A DNA stretch of 64,000 nucleotides from Lachnospiraceae bacterium (GTDB lineage Bacteria; Bacillota; Clostridia; Lachnospirales; Lachnospiraceae): positions 12,509-76,508 of the forward strand of contig JBJFCD010000199.1 in assembly GCA_051888795.1 (NCBI GenBank). The letters run 5' to 3'. Shown here piece after piece: positions 9,508 through 19,717 of this stretch. Positions within the stretch are counted from its first letter, which is position 1; every line of letters begins with the position of its first letter. Both the position numbers and the translations under genes were made by a program. The notes under the pieces were generated by a model. It ran no database searches. It saw only the letters and a list, made by a program, of their open reading frames with translations, and was not told where the DNA came from.

Positions 9508-12500
9508 ATGGGTGTAACATGGACAAGTGAACAACAAAAAGTGATAGACCTCCGCGGATGTAATATTCTTGTATCAGCCGCAGCAGGTTCCGGAAAGACT
9601 GCTGTTTTAGTGGAGAGAATCATTACAATGCTGACAGATGAAATCCATCCTGTCAGCGTAGATGAGCTTCTTGTTGTGACATTTACAGAAGCAGCTGCTG
9701 CTGAGATGAAAGAACGTATTCGCCTTGCCATTGAAAAGAAGCTTCTTGAGCGCCCAGATGACGAACATCTCAGGCAGCAGGCAACGCTGATCCATAATGC
9801 ACAGATTACGACAATTCACAGCTTTTGTCTTTCTGTTGTGAAAGATCATTTTCATGCCATTGATCTGGATCCTGGCTTTCGGATCGGAGAGGAAGGCGAA
9901 CTTAAACTTTTAAAGCATGATGTGCTTGATGAAATATTAGAAGAAAATTATGCCGAAGGAGAGCAGGATTTTTTGGATTTTGTGTCGGCTTACGGAAGCG
10001 GACGGGATGATAAAAAAATAGAAGATCTTATCTTCAGGATTTATGATTATTCAAGAAGCTATCCGGATGCTGAAGGATGGCTTGACTCCTGTGTGGAGGC
10101 ATACAGTGCCAGGACTTCTGAGGAATTTGAAAAAACAAAATTTTCACGACTTGTAATGGAAAACGTAAAGGCATTGCTTTCTGATGCGGCAGAGATGATC
10201 GAGGACGGTCTCATTATATGCGGTATGGAAGACGGTCCTCATGTATACGAAAATGCATTACAGAATGACCGGGAAATGCTGGATAGCTTTCTTGCGGCAG
10301 AGACTTTTTCAGAGCTTTCAGATTATATGCAGAACGTAAAATGGACACGTCTTGCGGCAAATAGAGACAAAACTGTATCCGAAGAGAAAACAGAACAGGT
10401 CAAAGTTTTAAGAGAGCAGGCAAAAGAACTGGTTGGGAGTATCAGTTCTCAGTATTTCTATCAGAATATGGAAGAACTACTGCAGGATATGAGAGTTTGC
10501 AAACCGAAAGTAAAAGTACTTACTGGGCTTGTAAACCAGTTTGCAGAAAGATTTGAATTAAAAAAGCGGGAAAAAGAACTGATTGATTTTTCTGACATGG
10601 AGCAATATGCACTCCGAATTCTGACCCAGAAAACAGAAGAAGGATTTGTTCCGTCGGTGATAGCTGAGGAATACAGCAGGCAGTTTACAGAAATCATGAT
10701 TGATGAATATCAGGACAGTAACCTGATCCAGGAGACGATTCTCACAAGTATTTCCAGAATACCACAAGGAGAATATAACATATTTATGGTTGGAGATGTG
10801 AAGCAGAGCATCTATCGGTTCCGTCTGTCAAGACCTGAATTATTTATGGAAAAATATAATACGTACCGTCTCGATGAGGGAGAGAAACAGAGAATTGATC
10901 TTCATAAAAATTTCCGAAGCAGATGGGAAGTACTTGAAAGCATTAATTTTCTTTTTCGACAGATGATGACGGAATCACTTGGCGGTATTGCGTATGATGA
11001 GAAAGCGGCACTCTATCCGGGAGCAGATTATCCGGAGTGCGAAGAGGGATTTTCTGCGGCAACGGAAGTACTTATGATTGATACTCAGGAAAATGAGAAG
11101 GATTTAAAAAGTTCTGAAACATTTTCTAAGATTTCTGAAAAAGAGCTGGAGGCAAGTGCGATTGCCGGTCGCATCAGGGAACTTTTGCGCTGCCATAAAG
11201 TTACGGATAAAAAGACGGGAAAGCTCCGTCCGGTGAAGTATTCAGACATTGTGATTCTGATTCGCAGTACAAAAGGATTTTCGGATACATTTACAGAAGT
11301 ATTAAGCCGAGAAGGGATTCCGGTTTTTGCAGGAACATCGGAAGGATATTTTGCCACTCAGGAAATTGGAGTGCTACTTGATTATCTGAGAGTTCTCAAT
11401 AATCCAAAGCAGGATATTCCACTGGCGGCAGTACTGACATCTGCGTTTTGTTCTCTTACAGAGCAGGAACTTGCACTCATAAAAAACCAATTTAAAGAAC
11501 TTCCTTTTTCACAGGCAGTGTTTGCTTATGGAGAAGAAGGAGAAGAAGACCATATTCGAAAAAAGATTAAAGACTGTCTGGAACAGATGGAAAAATTCAG
11601 AAAGATTGTCGCTTACACACCAATGCATGAGCTTCTTCGAAAAATTATGGAAGACACAGGCTATGAGGATCTCGTATCGGCAATGCCGGGTGGTGAACAA
11701 AGGCGGGCGAATCTTTTGATGCTGCTCGAAAAAGCAAAGGCATTCGAATCTACCAGCTATAAAGGATTGTTTCACTTTGTCCGATATGTGGAACAACTGA
11801 AGAAATATGATGTAGACTATGGGGAAGCGGCAATAGAGGATGAGAAGGCGGATACAGTCCGTATTATGACAATTCACAAAAGTAAAGGATTAGAATTCCC
11901 AATTGTGTTTGTGGCCGGAATGGGGAAACGGTTTAATATGCAGGATGCAAGGAGCAGTGTAGTGCTCCATTCCTCCCTGGGGATCGGACTAGATGCAATT
12001 GATATGGAGAAAAGGACAAAAAGTCCGTGTATTATAAAGAAAGTCATTCAAAAAGAAGAGGCTTTGGAAACTTTGGGAGAGGAACTCAGAGTCCTGTATG
12101 TTGCTCTTACAAGAGCAAAAGAGAAGCTTATTATCACCGGCACATTTTCGAATCTGGAAAAGAAACTGGAAAACTGTCGGATGGTTACATGGCAGAATAT
12201 GGATGAATTAAGTTTCAGCCGTCTGAGCAGGGCGGTCACTTACTGGGATTTCCTGCTTCCGGCGCTGATGCGTCTTGATGGCGAGGTCCCTATTGAACAA
12301 AAGCTGCTTCATGTGGAAGATCTAGTCCGTGAAGCGGTAGAAGAAGAGGTAACGCAAAAGGTAAAGGCACAGTTATCAGAACAGTGGGATACGCAAAAAG
12401 TTTATTCTGAGAAGGTCAGACGGATGGTAGAAGAGCAGTTTAGCTATGAGTATCCTTATGGTAAAAGCCAGAGCAAGAAACTGAAATTCACCGTGTCAGA

Positions 12501-13161
12501 ATTGAAAAAAAGAGCGTATCTTGAGGAGAGTCTTGGAAAGAATATGAGCGGTGATGCGGCCTTCGATGAACTGGGAGAAGTAATGTATGAAGAGCCGGAG
12601 GTGATGCCATTGCTGCCAAAGTTTTTACAGCAGGAAGAAGAACTGTCAGGAGCTTCCAGAGGTACTGCATATCATAGGGTAATGGAACTTCTGGATTTTA
12701 CAGAAAAGTATACAGAAGATAAACTGGAGAAAGAGCTGAAGCAGTTTTGCGATACAGGGAGACTGTCAGAAGAAGAATTGTCATGTATCTGTTCAGAAGA
12801 TATTTTAAAGTTTCTTGGATGTACGTCCGGAAAAAGGATGCACAAATGTGCTCTGGAAGGAAAGTTAAAGAAAGAACAGCCATTTGTTCTTGGAATGGAT
12901 GCAAGGGAAATATATCCGGATGAGGAAGAGGGAGAAATGATACTGATTCAGGGAATTATCGACATATTCTTCGAAGAGGAAGATGGACTGGTGGTGCTGG
13001 ATTACAAGACAGACAAAGTAACAAAAGCCGAAGAACTGGTAGAAAAATATCATGCACAGCTTGATTACTATGCAAAAGCGTTGGAGCAGATGACAGGAAA
13101 GAAAGTGAAAGAAAAGATCATTTATTCCTTTACACTGGAAAAAGAGATTATACTGAGTTAA
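9508..13161 (+). CDS. addA: ATP-dependent helicase/nuclease subunit A
   Basis: SAAAGSGKT, DEYQD, VGDVKQSIYRFR, TIHKSKGLEF, LYVALTRAKE, QGIID..DYKTD. Confidence 0.97.
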   Translation: MGVTWTSEQQKVIDLRGCNILVSAAAGSGKTAVLVERIITMLTDEIHPVSVDELLVVTFTEAAAAEMKERIRLAIEKKLLERPDDEHLRQQATLIHNAQITTIHSFCLSVVKDHFHAIDLDPGFRIGEEGELKLLKHDVLDEILEENYAEGEQDFLDFVSAYGSGRDDKKIEDLIFRIYDYSRSYPDAEGWLDSCVEAYSARTSEEFEKTKFSRLVMENVKALLSDAAEMIEDGLIICGMEDGPHVYENALQNDREMLDSFLAAETFSELSDYMQNVKWTRLAANRDKTVSEEKTEQVKVLREQAKELVGSISSQYFYQNMEELLQDMRVCKPKVKVLTGLVNQFAERFELKKREKELIDFSDMEQYALRILTQKTEEGFVPSVIAEEYSRQFTEIMIDEYQDSNLIQETILTSISRIPQGEYNIFMVGDVKQSIYRFRLSRPELFMEKYNTYRLDEGEKQRIDLHKNFRSRWEVLESINFLFRQMMTESLGGIAYDEKAALYPGADYPECEEGFSAATEVLMIDTQENEKDLKSSETFSKISEKELEASAIAGRIRELLRCHKVTDKKTGKLRPVKYSDIVILIRSTKGFSDTFTEVLSREGIPVFAGTSEGYFATQEIGVLLDYLRVLNNPKQDIPLAAVLTSAFCSLTEQELALIKNQFKELPFSQAVFAYGEEGEEDHIRKKIKDCLEQMEKFRKIVAYTPMHELLRKIMEDTGYEDLVSAMPGGEQRRANLLMLLEKAKAFESTSYKGLFHFVRYVEQLKKYDVDYGEAAIEDEKADTVRIMTIHKSKGLEFPIVFVAGMGKRFNMQDARSSVVLHSSLGIGLDAIDMEKRTKSPCIIKKVIQKEEALETLGEELRVLYVALTRAKEKLIITGTFSNLEKKLENCRMVTWQNMDELSFSRLSRAVTYWDFLLPALMRLDGEVPIEQKLLHVEDLVREAVEEEVTQKVKAQLSEQWDTQKVYSEKVRRMVEEQFSYEYPYGKSQSKKLKFTVSELKKRAYLEESLGKNMSGDAAFDELGEVMYEEPEVMPLLPKFLQQEEELSGASRGTAYHRVMELLDFTEKYTEDKLEKELKQFCDTGRLSEEELSCICSEDILKFLGCTSGKRMHKCALEGKLKKEQPFVLGMDAREIYPDEEEGEMILIQGIIDIFFEEEDGLVVLDYKTDKVTKAEELVEKYHAQLDYYAKALEQMTGKKVKEKIIYSFTLEKEIILS

Positions 13162-13251
13162 AGGGAGTGATTGGAAGTTTGCACTGTAATGTGTTTTGAT
13201 ATGGATGATTTATAATTTTATATGAACATAAAAAAATATTGGAGAAAAGTG

Positions 13252-13260
13252 TGCTATAAT
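13252..13260 (+). promoter_or_regulatory. Extended -10 promoter box
   Basis: TGCTATAAT about 30 bp upstream of the RBS/ATG at 13291. Confidence 0.55.
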
Positions 13261-13290
13261 GATTAAAAATTATTAATAATACGGAGGGTT

Positions 13291-14034
13291 ATGAAAATGA
13301 AGAGAAGAGGAATAAAAGGAATCTTTCTGGCACTGTTTGTTATTGTGGGAATGTCTTGTCTGCTTCCGGGAAATCAGGCTGAAGCAAAATCCAAGACGAA
13401 AGTGTCCTACAAAAAAGTAACTGAGACGAGAACATGGGAGGCAGATGATGGGACAATCTTAGTTAAGGCAACCTATAAAGGAATTAAGATTAAGGGAAGT
13501 TCATCAGCTGTCAAAAAAATGAACAAAGTTCTGGAAAAAGAAAAGAACCAGTTTTTTAAGACTGCAGCTGAGGCAAAAGAGAATGCACAAAGCGTATATG
13601 AGGATCAGACATATTATAATCCATTTTATGTATCAGAGTTTTATATTAGTTCGAAAGTTACTTTTAATAAAAAAGGTATCGTCAGCATTAAAGAAGTTTA
13701 TGACGGTTATCATAGCGGTGCTGCACATGGGTATTATTATACATATGGTCATACATTTAAAATCAGTTCCGGTAAAGAACTAAAGTTTAATCAGGTTGTG
13801 TCCGGATCAGATAAAACAGATAAGAAAAAGTTGGTTACAGCTTTCAAAAAAATGTATAATAAAGAACCAGACAAATATTTTGAAGATGCTATAGATACAG
13901 TAAGAAGTAGTAACGTGAAAAAACAGCAGTTTTATCTTTCGGGGAAATACGCGATTGCATGCTATGCACCATACAATTTGTCAAGTTTTGCTGAAGGAGA
14001 GACATTAGTGAAAGTGAAACACAGATATAATTAA
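13291..14034 (+). CDS. Secreted DUF4163/DUF3298 (RsiV/PdaC-N-like) protein
   Basis: Signal peptide ending AEA; GYHSGAAHG motif, TF..SGKEL, FY..PY..SSFAEG. Confidence 0.7.
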   Translation: MKMKRRGIKGIFLALFVIVGMSCLLPGNQAEAKSKTKVSYKKVTETRTWEADDGTILVKATYKGIKIKGSSSAVKKMNKVLEKEKNQFFKTAAEAKENAQSVYEDQTYYNPFYVSEFYISSKVTFNKKGIVSIKEVYDGYHSGAAHGYYYTYGHTFKISSGKELKFNQVVSGSDKTDKKKLVTAFKKMYNKEPDKYFEDAIDTVRSSNVKKQQFYLSGKYAIACYAPYNLSSFAEGETLVKVKHRYN

Positions 14035-14098
14035 AATAGTTATTACAGAGGATAACATTAGGAAAACCAATAAAAGAAAAATGTAACGGAGAAAATGA

Positions 14099-14815
14099 AT
14101 GTTGAATATTGTGATTTTTGATGATAATGAGAATGATATAAACATTACATACGATATTATTAATAAATATTTAAAAGATAAAAATAAAGCGGCGGAGATC
14201 CATACGTTTACCGGAAAAGAAGAGGTAATGAATTATATCAAAGAAGTAAGGACAGATGTTATTTTTTTGGATATTCTTGTGGATGATGAGGCTGTGGGAA
14301 TTGAGATGGCAAAGGAGATCAATAGCTTATCAGAGCATACATATATTGTGTTTTTGACAGGATTTCTTCATTATGCAACGGATATTTATGATACAAGACA
14401 TATCTATTATGTATTAAAGCCTGAGCTTACGCAGAGGCTTCCGGGAGTGTTTTCAAAAATTGAAAAAATCATGGATTCAGAAAATACCGGCATTTTTCAT
14501 GTAAAAAAAGGTGTCAATGATCTGATACTGGAAAAGAAAAAAATCAGTTATATAGAAAGGGATCGCAGAATCAGCATTATTCATTATGATGGTCAGACGT
14601 ATTCCGTGAATTATAAGATATCTGATCTTGTGGAAATGCTTGCGCATTCTGATTTTGTAAGATGTCATAATAGCTATATAGTAAATTTGCAGTACGTATC
14701 AAGGCTGGAGAGAAGATTTGTTTTATTAAAGGACGGAACACAGGTGCCAATCAGCAGATCGCGAAATGAGGAAGTAAAAAATCAATTTTTAGAATGGCTG
14801 CAAAAATATATGTAA
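14099..14815 (+). CDS. LytTR family response regulator (AgrA/VirR-like)
   Basis: Receiver DD, FLDI, FLTG, LKP intact; LytTR domain FVRCHNSYIVN..VPISRSR. Confidence 0.95.
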   Translation: MLNIVIFDDNENDINITYDIINKYLKDKNKAAEIHTFTGKEEVMNYIKEVRTDVIFLDILVDDEAVGIEMAKEINSLSEHTYIVFLTGFLHYATDIYDTRHIYYVLKPELTQRLPGVFSKIEKIMDSENTGIFHVKKGVNDLILEKKKISYIERDRRISIIHYDGQTYSVNYKISDLVEMLAHSDFVRCHNSYIVNLQYVSRLERRFVLLKDGTQVPISRSRNEEVKNQFLEWLQKYM

Positions 14816-14827
14816 TGGAGTAAGAAC

Positions 14828-15559
14828 ATGGGTGTTACGATTTGTCTGACTTTGGCAGGAATAGCATTGTTTATGATTGTTTATATAAAGATGCTTCAAA
14901 GAGAAAACAGGAATCTTATTTTACAGGAAAATCTCATAAGGGAGCATTATAGTACACTGGAATATCAAATTGAGCAAACGAGAAGAGTCAGACATGATAT
15001 TGCAAATCATATTTATACAATTGAGCAGCTTATGAAACAAAGCGAAGAAAAAGATACTTTGGCAAACAATTATAAAAATGATCTGGAAAAAACTTATCTG
15101 GTACTTCAGCAAAAAACGTTCTGTGAGGAAATACTCATTGATTCTGCGATCAAGAATAAACTCAGAGAATGCCAGCAAAAGCAGATTAAGACAGACTGTC
15201 AGGTGGAAAAATTGTCTATTGGTGATATTGAAAGAATTGATATGCTTGGGCTCATATATAATGTCTTTGATAATGCAATAGAAGCCTGTGAAAAAGTTGA
15301 GACAAATCGCAGATGGATTAGAGTAACGATAAAAAATGATGGAGCAAAGTTGTTTTTTTTATGCCATAACTCGAAAAATCCAAATTTTTCTCTGAAAGAT
15401 GGACAAAAAACTACAAAAAAGGATCAGGAAAATCATGGAATCGGAAAAGATATCATGAGAAGCATTGTAAAGAAATATCATGGAAGCATTCACGCAGAAG
15501 ATGGAAAAGAGGAATATAAACTGGAAATTGTGTGTAGGTGTAAGGATGAAAAAGTGTAG
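14828..15559 (+). CDS. GHKL histidine kinase (AgrC-type catalytic core) with only one TM helix
   Basis: H-box RHDIANH, N-box NVFDNAIEA, G-box TTK..NHGIG; only about 20 N-terminal hydrophobic residues. Confidence 0.9.
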   Translation: MGVTICLTLAGIALFMIVYIKMLQRENRNLILQENLIREHYSTLEYQIEQTRRVRHDIANHIYTIEQLMKQSEEKDTLANNYKNDLEKTYLVLQQKTFCEEILIDSAIKNKLRECQQKQIKTDCQVEKLSIGDIERIDMLGLIYNVFDNAIEACEKVETNRRWIRVTIKNDGAKLFFLCHNSKNPNFSLKDGQKTTKKDQENHGIGKDIMRSIVKKYHGSIHAEDGKEEYKLEIVCRCKDEKV

Positions 15560-15585
15560 AGAAAAATATATGGAGAATTTTAGAA

Positions 15586-16890
15586 ATGTTTGAAAGTGAT
15601 ATTACATGGATAGAGGCACTGTCACAGCTGTCTCTTACAGTCCCTGTTTATTTTCTTATGAAAAAAACAGTGGGATGTAAAAAAATATGGAAACAAATCC
15701 CATCCTGGTTTCTGCCTGCAATTCTTTATACACTCTGGAATATATATAACGTAATTGTTATTCGTTACCCTCAAATTCTTACAGATATTATATCGGAACA
15801 ATTGGCATATGAACTGCGGGCAGTCTGTGGGATTATATTAATGTTTGTAATTTTGCCAATGATTTATGAAGGAAGGACTCTTGAACGATATTTTTTCTGT
15901 TCATTATTAGAAATCATCTCTCTCTTTAGTGGATTGTTCAGATATGTGTGTATGATGTTATTTAAAATCAGCGGTTTATACTATGTAATGGAAAAAATGG
16001 TTTTTCTTCTTTTGCTTTTCCGTTTGTTCATTGAATGTGCCCCTTATTTTTTTTGCTATTACGTTTTCGAAAAGAATTTTGGAGATTATCGTGTCCTTGT
16101 AAATAAGCACAAAATAGCGTGTAGCGTACTGACAGTAATCATTATTTGTATGGAATCAGGCACTGCTTTTTTTTGCGTGGAAAGAAATTTTCTGGATATC
16201 TGGCGAGGAATTGGGGGAATGGCGTATCTGTTTTTCGTAATTGGAACAGTAATATTTATGTTAAAAAAAGATAATAGACAAATTTATCGGCAGAAGCAGT
16301 TGCTGGAAAATCATTATCAATCCATAAGGAACCAGGAAGAACAGGTAGTGAGCATGCAGTCGGAGATTGGCGAGCTTCTTAAGGCTGCAGAGAAACTTGA
16401 AAAAGAGAAAAAATACAGTGAAGAAGAGTTAAAACACTATGGAGAAGAGTTAAAGAAGTTACACAGTAAACTAAGGCGTGTAGATTACTGTGATAACCTT
16501 ATGCTGGATGCGGTGTTACATAATAAAGAAAAGGAATGTGAAGAGAAAAATATAAAGCTGGATATAAGAATGCAGGATATAAGCTTTGGGGGAGTTTCAG
16601 ATGTAGATATCTTTGAAGTTGTATATGGAATGCTTGAAGTTGCCATAGATCTAGTTGAGATGCAGGAAGATAAAGCTTTGAAGACTATTGTGATCAGCGG
16701 AAAGAATCTGGCAGGGCAAGTGGTGATAGAGGTGTCAATTCCATCTATTGCCTCTAAAAATGGAAAAGTCTTGAGGAAAAGCAGGAATCAATATAAAAGG
16801 CTGAAACGAAAAGCAAAAGTGCTGAGAGGACAGAGTGTTATATGCACTGATAAAGATTATCAGAAGATTGTTTTGGGAATTCCGTGTTGA
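15586..16890 (+). CDS. Multi-TM AgrC-like pseudo-histidine kinase, paralog 1
   Basis: Hydrophobic N-terminal half; LLENHYQSI coiled coil, YCDNLMLDAVLHNKEKEC; no RHD H-box, no N-box Asn, no HGxG. Confidence 0.75.
   Translation: MFESDITWIEALSQLSLTVPVYFLMKKTVGCKKIWKQIPSWFLPAILYTLWNIYNVIVIRYPQILTDIISEQLAYELRAVCGIILMFVILPMIYEGRTLERYFFCSLLEIISLFSGLFRYVCMMLFKISGLYYVMEKMVFLLLLFRLFIECAPYFFCYYVFEKNFGDYRVLVNKHKIACSVLTVIIICMESGTAFFCVERNFLDIWRGIGGMAYLFFVIGTVIFMLKKDNRQIYRQKQLLENHYQSIRNQEEQVVSMQSEIGELLKAAEKLEKEKKYSEEELKHYGEELKKLHSKLRRVDYCDNLMLDAVLHNKEKECEEKNIKLDIRMQDISFGGVSDVDIFEVVYGMLEVAIDLVEMQEDKALKTIVISGKNLAGQVVIEVSIPSIASKNGKVLRKSRNQYKRLKRKAKVLRGQSVICTDKDYQKIVLGIPC
16333..16747 (+). repeat. Direct repeat copy 1 (415 bp, identical by eye to 17712-18126 and 19056-19470)
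   Basis: Line-by-line visual comparison; offset 1379 to copy 2. Confidence 0.9.
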
Positions 16891-16961
16891 TAATTTGAAT
16901 ATTTATGTGATTCAATGTTAACTGAAGAGGAGATGTAAAAGGTGCAGGAGGGTTGTTTGGA

Positions 16962-18284
16962 ATGTTAAGTCAGCCTGATACGAAACTATTAGAAGCACTG
17001 GCACAGGTATTTCTTGTAGTCCCGCTTGTGTTTACAACAGAAAAGACAGTTGGATATAGAAAAATATGGAATCATATACCAACTTGGTTTCTGGCAGGAT
17101 TTATATATTCTATTTGGAATATATATAATGCATTGGTATTATATTATCCCAGGTATATTACAAAAATGATTACGGAAGAGGCTATGCATTTAAGTTGGGC
17201 ACTTGGTGGATTGGTAATGATGTTTGTGATATTGCCCTCCCTTTATAAAGGAACGATAATTGAACGGTATTTTGTCTTTTTTGTATTTGCTTTGACAGAT
17301 TTTTTTGCCAGACTTTTCAGGATGCTTGGTATGGTGATTTTGGAAAAATTCGGATTGTGGTATGTCATACAGAAAGATTGGTTTTTCTTGCTTTTTATTC
17401 GTTTGGTTTTGCAGTCTGGACCATATTTTTTGTTTTATTTCATTTTTAGAAAACAATTTGCAAAATATCATGATTGGGTCATAAAGCATAAAAAATTATG
17501 CAGTGCAGCAACGATATTAGTTGTTGGACTGGAAATCTCGACAGCACTTATGTCAATAGATGCAGAACATTTAGAAAAGCTAAGGTTATTCATAAATCCG
17601 GCAGTTTTGTTTGGAACATTTATGGGGGCAATTTATTTTTTGAAAAGAGAAAATCGTCAAGTTTATCTACAGAAACAACTGCTGGAAAATCATTATCAAT
17701 CCATAAAGAGTCAGGAAGAACAGGTAGTGAGCATGCAGTCGGAGATTGGCGAGCTTCTTAAGGCTGCAGAGAAACTTGAAAAAGAGAAAAAATACAGTGA
17801 AGAAGAGTTAAAACACTATGGAGAAGAGTTAAAGAAGTTACACAGTAAACTAAGGCGTGTAGATTACTGTGATAACCTTATGCTGGATGCGGTGTTACAT
17901 AATAAAGAAAAGGAATGTGAAGAGAAAAATATAAAGCTGGATATAAGAATGCAGGATATAAGCTTTGGGGGAGTTTCAGATGTAGATATCTTTGAAGTTG
18001 TATATGGAATGCTTGAAGTTGCCATAGATCTAGTTGAGATGCAGGAAGATAAAGCTTTGAAGACTATTGTGATCAGCGGAAAGAATCTGGCAGGGCAAGT
18101 GGTGATAGAGGTGTCAATTCCATCTAATACTCATATAAGTGGGAAAGACATAAAGGAAAGCAGGAATCAATATAAGAGGCTGAAACGAAAAGTAAAAGTG
18201 CTGAGAGGACAATGTATACGGAAGATAGAAGGAGAAACGGAAAAGATTGTTGTGGGCATAATGTGCGGCAGTGCAGGCAGATAG
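16962..18284 (+). CDS. Multi-TM AgrC-like pseudo-histidine kinase, paralog 2
   Basis: Same architecture as paralog 1; ATG 16962 after GGAGGG (ORF track starts at TTG 16953). Confidence 0.75.
   Translation: MLSQPDTKLLEALAQVFLVVPLVFTTEKTVGYRKIWNHIPTWFLAGFIYSIWNIYNALVLYYPRYITKMITEEAMHLSWALGGLVMMFVILPSLYKGTIIERYFVFFVFALTDFFARLFRMLGMVILEKFGLWYVIQKDWFFLLFIRLVLQSGPYFLFYFIFRKQFAKYHDWVIKHKKLCSAATILVVGLEISTALMSIDAEHLEKLRLFINPAVLFGTFMGAIYFLKRENRQVYLQKQLLENHYQSIKSQEEQVVSMQSEIGELLKAAEKLEKEKKYSEEELKHYGEELKKLHSKLRRVDYCDNLMLDAVLHNKEKECEEKNIKLDIRMQDISFGGVSDVDIFEVVYGMLEVAIDLVEMQEDKALKTIVISGKNLAGQVVIEVSIPSNTHISGKDIKESRNQYKRLKRKVKVLRGQCIRKIEGETEKIVVGIMCGSAGR
17662..18253 (+). repeat. Direct repeat copy 2 (592 bp, identical by eye to 19006-19597)
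   Basis: Visual comparison; constant offset 1344; translations identical. Confidence 0.9.
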
Positions 18285-18308
18285 TATATGCGAGGGAGAA
18301 TAAGGAAG

Positions 18309-19688
18309 ATGTTCGAGAGTGATGTTACGTGGATAGAAACAATAATAAGATTATCCGCTGTAGTTCCTTTTTGTTTTTTTACCGAAAAATCAGTAGGTTA
18401 CCGAAAAATATGGAAACGGATGCCATCATGGCTTCCGACATCAATTCTTTACTTTATATGGAGTATATATAATGAGTTAATCTTGTCTTATCCGCAGTTT
18501 GTTTGTAATTTTGTCTCAGAGACAGTAGCATATAAAATCTGGGCGGTCGGTGGACTAATGTTAATGTTAGTGATTTTTCCATGGTTTTATAAAGGTTCAA
18601 TCATAGAGAAATATTTTGTTTGTTTTGTGATAGAAGTGATTTCAATTTTTTGTTATCTTTGCAGAGGCGTCGGCATGCTTTTTGTTAAAAGCATTAGATT
18701 GTATAATATTTTTGAAAAAACTGTTTTTTCATTATTTTTTTTACGATTGGTTTTAGAATATATGCCGTGTTTTCTATGCTATTTTATTTTTAAAAAACAG
18801 TTTAAAAATTACCATACTTATGTTTGGAAACATAAAAAGGTATGTTGTGTGGCAGCAATATTTACTGTCGGAGCAGAGACAGTTACTGCGCTTGTTACGA
18901 TAAGTAAAGATTTCTTAGAAAACTGGAGAGCGATCGCAAACCCTATTATCCTTTTTGGAGCAATTGGAATTACAATTTATCTGTTAAAAAGAGAGAATGA
19001 AAGGATTTATCTACAGAAACAACTGCTGGAAAATCATTATCAATCCATAAAGAGTCAGGAAGAACAGGTAGTGAGCATGCAGTCGGAGATTGGCGAGCTT
19101 CTTAAGGCTGCAGAGAAACTTGAAAAAGAGAAAAAATACAGTGAAGAAGAGTTAAAACACTATGGAGAAGAGTTAAAGAAGTTACACAGTAAACTAAGGC
19201 GTGTAGATTACTGTGATAACCTTATGCTGGATGCGGTGTTACATAATAAAGAAAAGGAATGTGAAGAGAAAAATATAAAGCTGGATATAAGAATGCAGGA
19301 TATAAGCTTTGGGGGAGTTTCAGATGTAGATATCTTTGAAGTTGTATATGGAATGCTTGAAGTTGCCATAGATCTAGTTGAGATGCAGGAAGATAAAGCT
19401 TTGAAGACTATTGTGATCAGCGGAAAGAATCTGGCAGGGCAAGTGGTGATAGAGGTGTCAATTCCATCTAATACTCATATAAGTGGGAAAGACATAAAGG
19501 AAAGCAGGAATCAATATAAGAGGCTGAAACGAAAAGTAAAAGTGCTGAGAGGACAATGTATACGGAAGATAGAAGGAGAAACGGAAAAGATTGTTGTTGG
19601 ACTTACATGTTTTTGTGGAAATTATGAGCAAAATGAGGATGATTATGATAAAATGGTCAGTAAAGGAACAGCTTGTGATAAACGCTAG
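18309..19688 (+). CDS. Multi-TM AgrC-like pseudo-histidine kinase, paralog 3
   Basis: Same architecture; MFESD start at 18309 matches paralog 1 (ORF track starts at 18288). Confidence 0.75.
   Translation: MFESDVTWIETIIRLSAVVPFCFFTEKSVGYRKIWKRMPSWLPTSILYFIWSIYNELILSYPQFVCNFVSETVAYKIWAVGGLMLMLVIFPWFYKGSIIEKYFVCFVIEVISIFCYLCRGVGMLFVKSIRLYNIFEKTVFSLFFLRLVLEYMPCFLCYFIFKKQFKNYHTYVWKHKKVCCVAAIFTVGAETVTALVTISKDFLENWRAIANPIILFGAIGITIYLLKRENERIYLQKQLLENHYQSIKSQEEQVVSMQSEIGELLKAAEKLEKEKKYSEEELKHYGEELKKLHSKLRRVDYCDNLMLDAVLHNKEKECEEKNIKLDIRMQDISFGGVSDVDIFEVVYGMLEVAIDLVEMQEDKALKTIVISGKNLAGQVVIEVSIPSNTHISGKDIKESRNQYKRLKRKVKVLRGQCIRKIEGETEKIVVGLTCFCGNYEQNEDDYDKMVSKGTACDKR
19006..19597 (+). repeat. Direct repeat copy 3
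   Basis: Matches 17662-18253. Confidence 0.9.
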
Positions 19689-19717
19689 ATAATGATTTAA
19701 ACACCGGAGGAAATGAT

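Noticed and set aside
15586-19688. Diversity-generating retroelement explaining the variable paralogs
   Set aside because: No reverse transcriptase, no template/variable repeat pair with adenine-only differences; the repeats are identical rather than A-mutated
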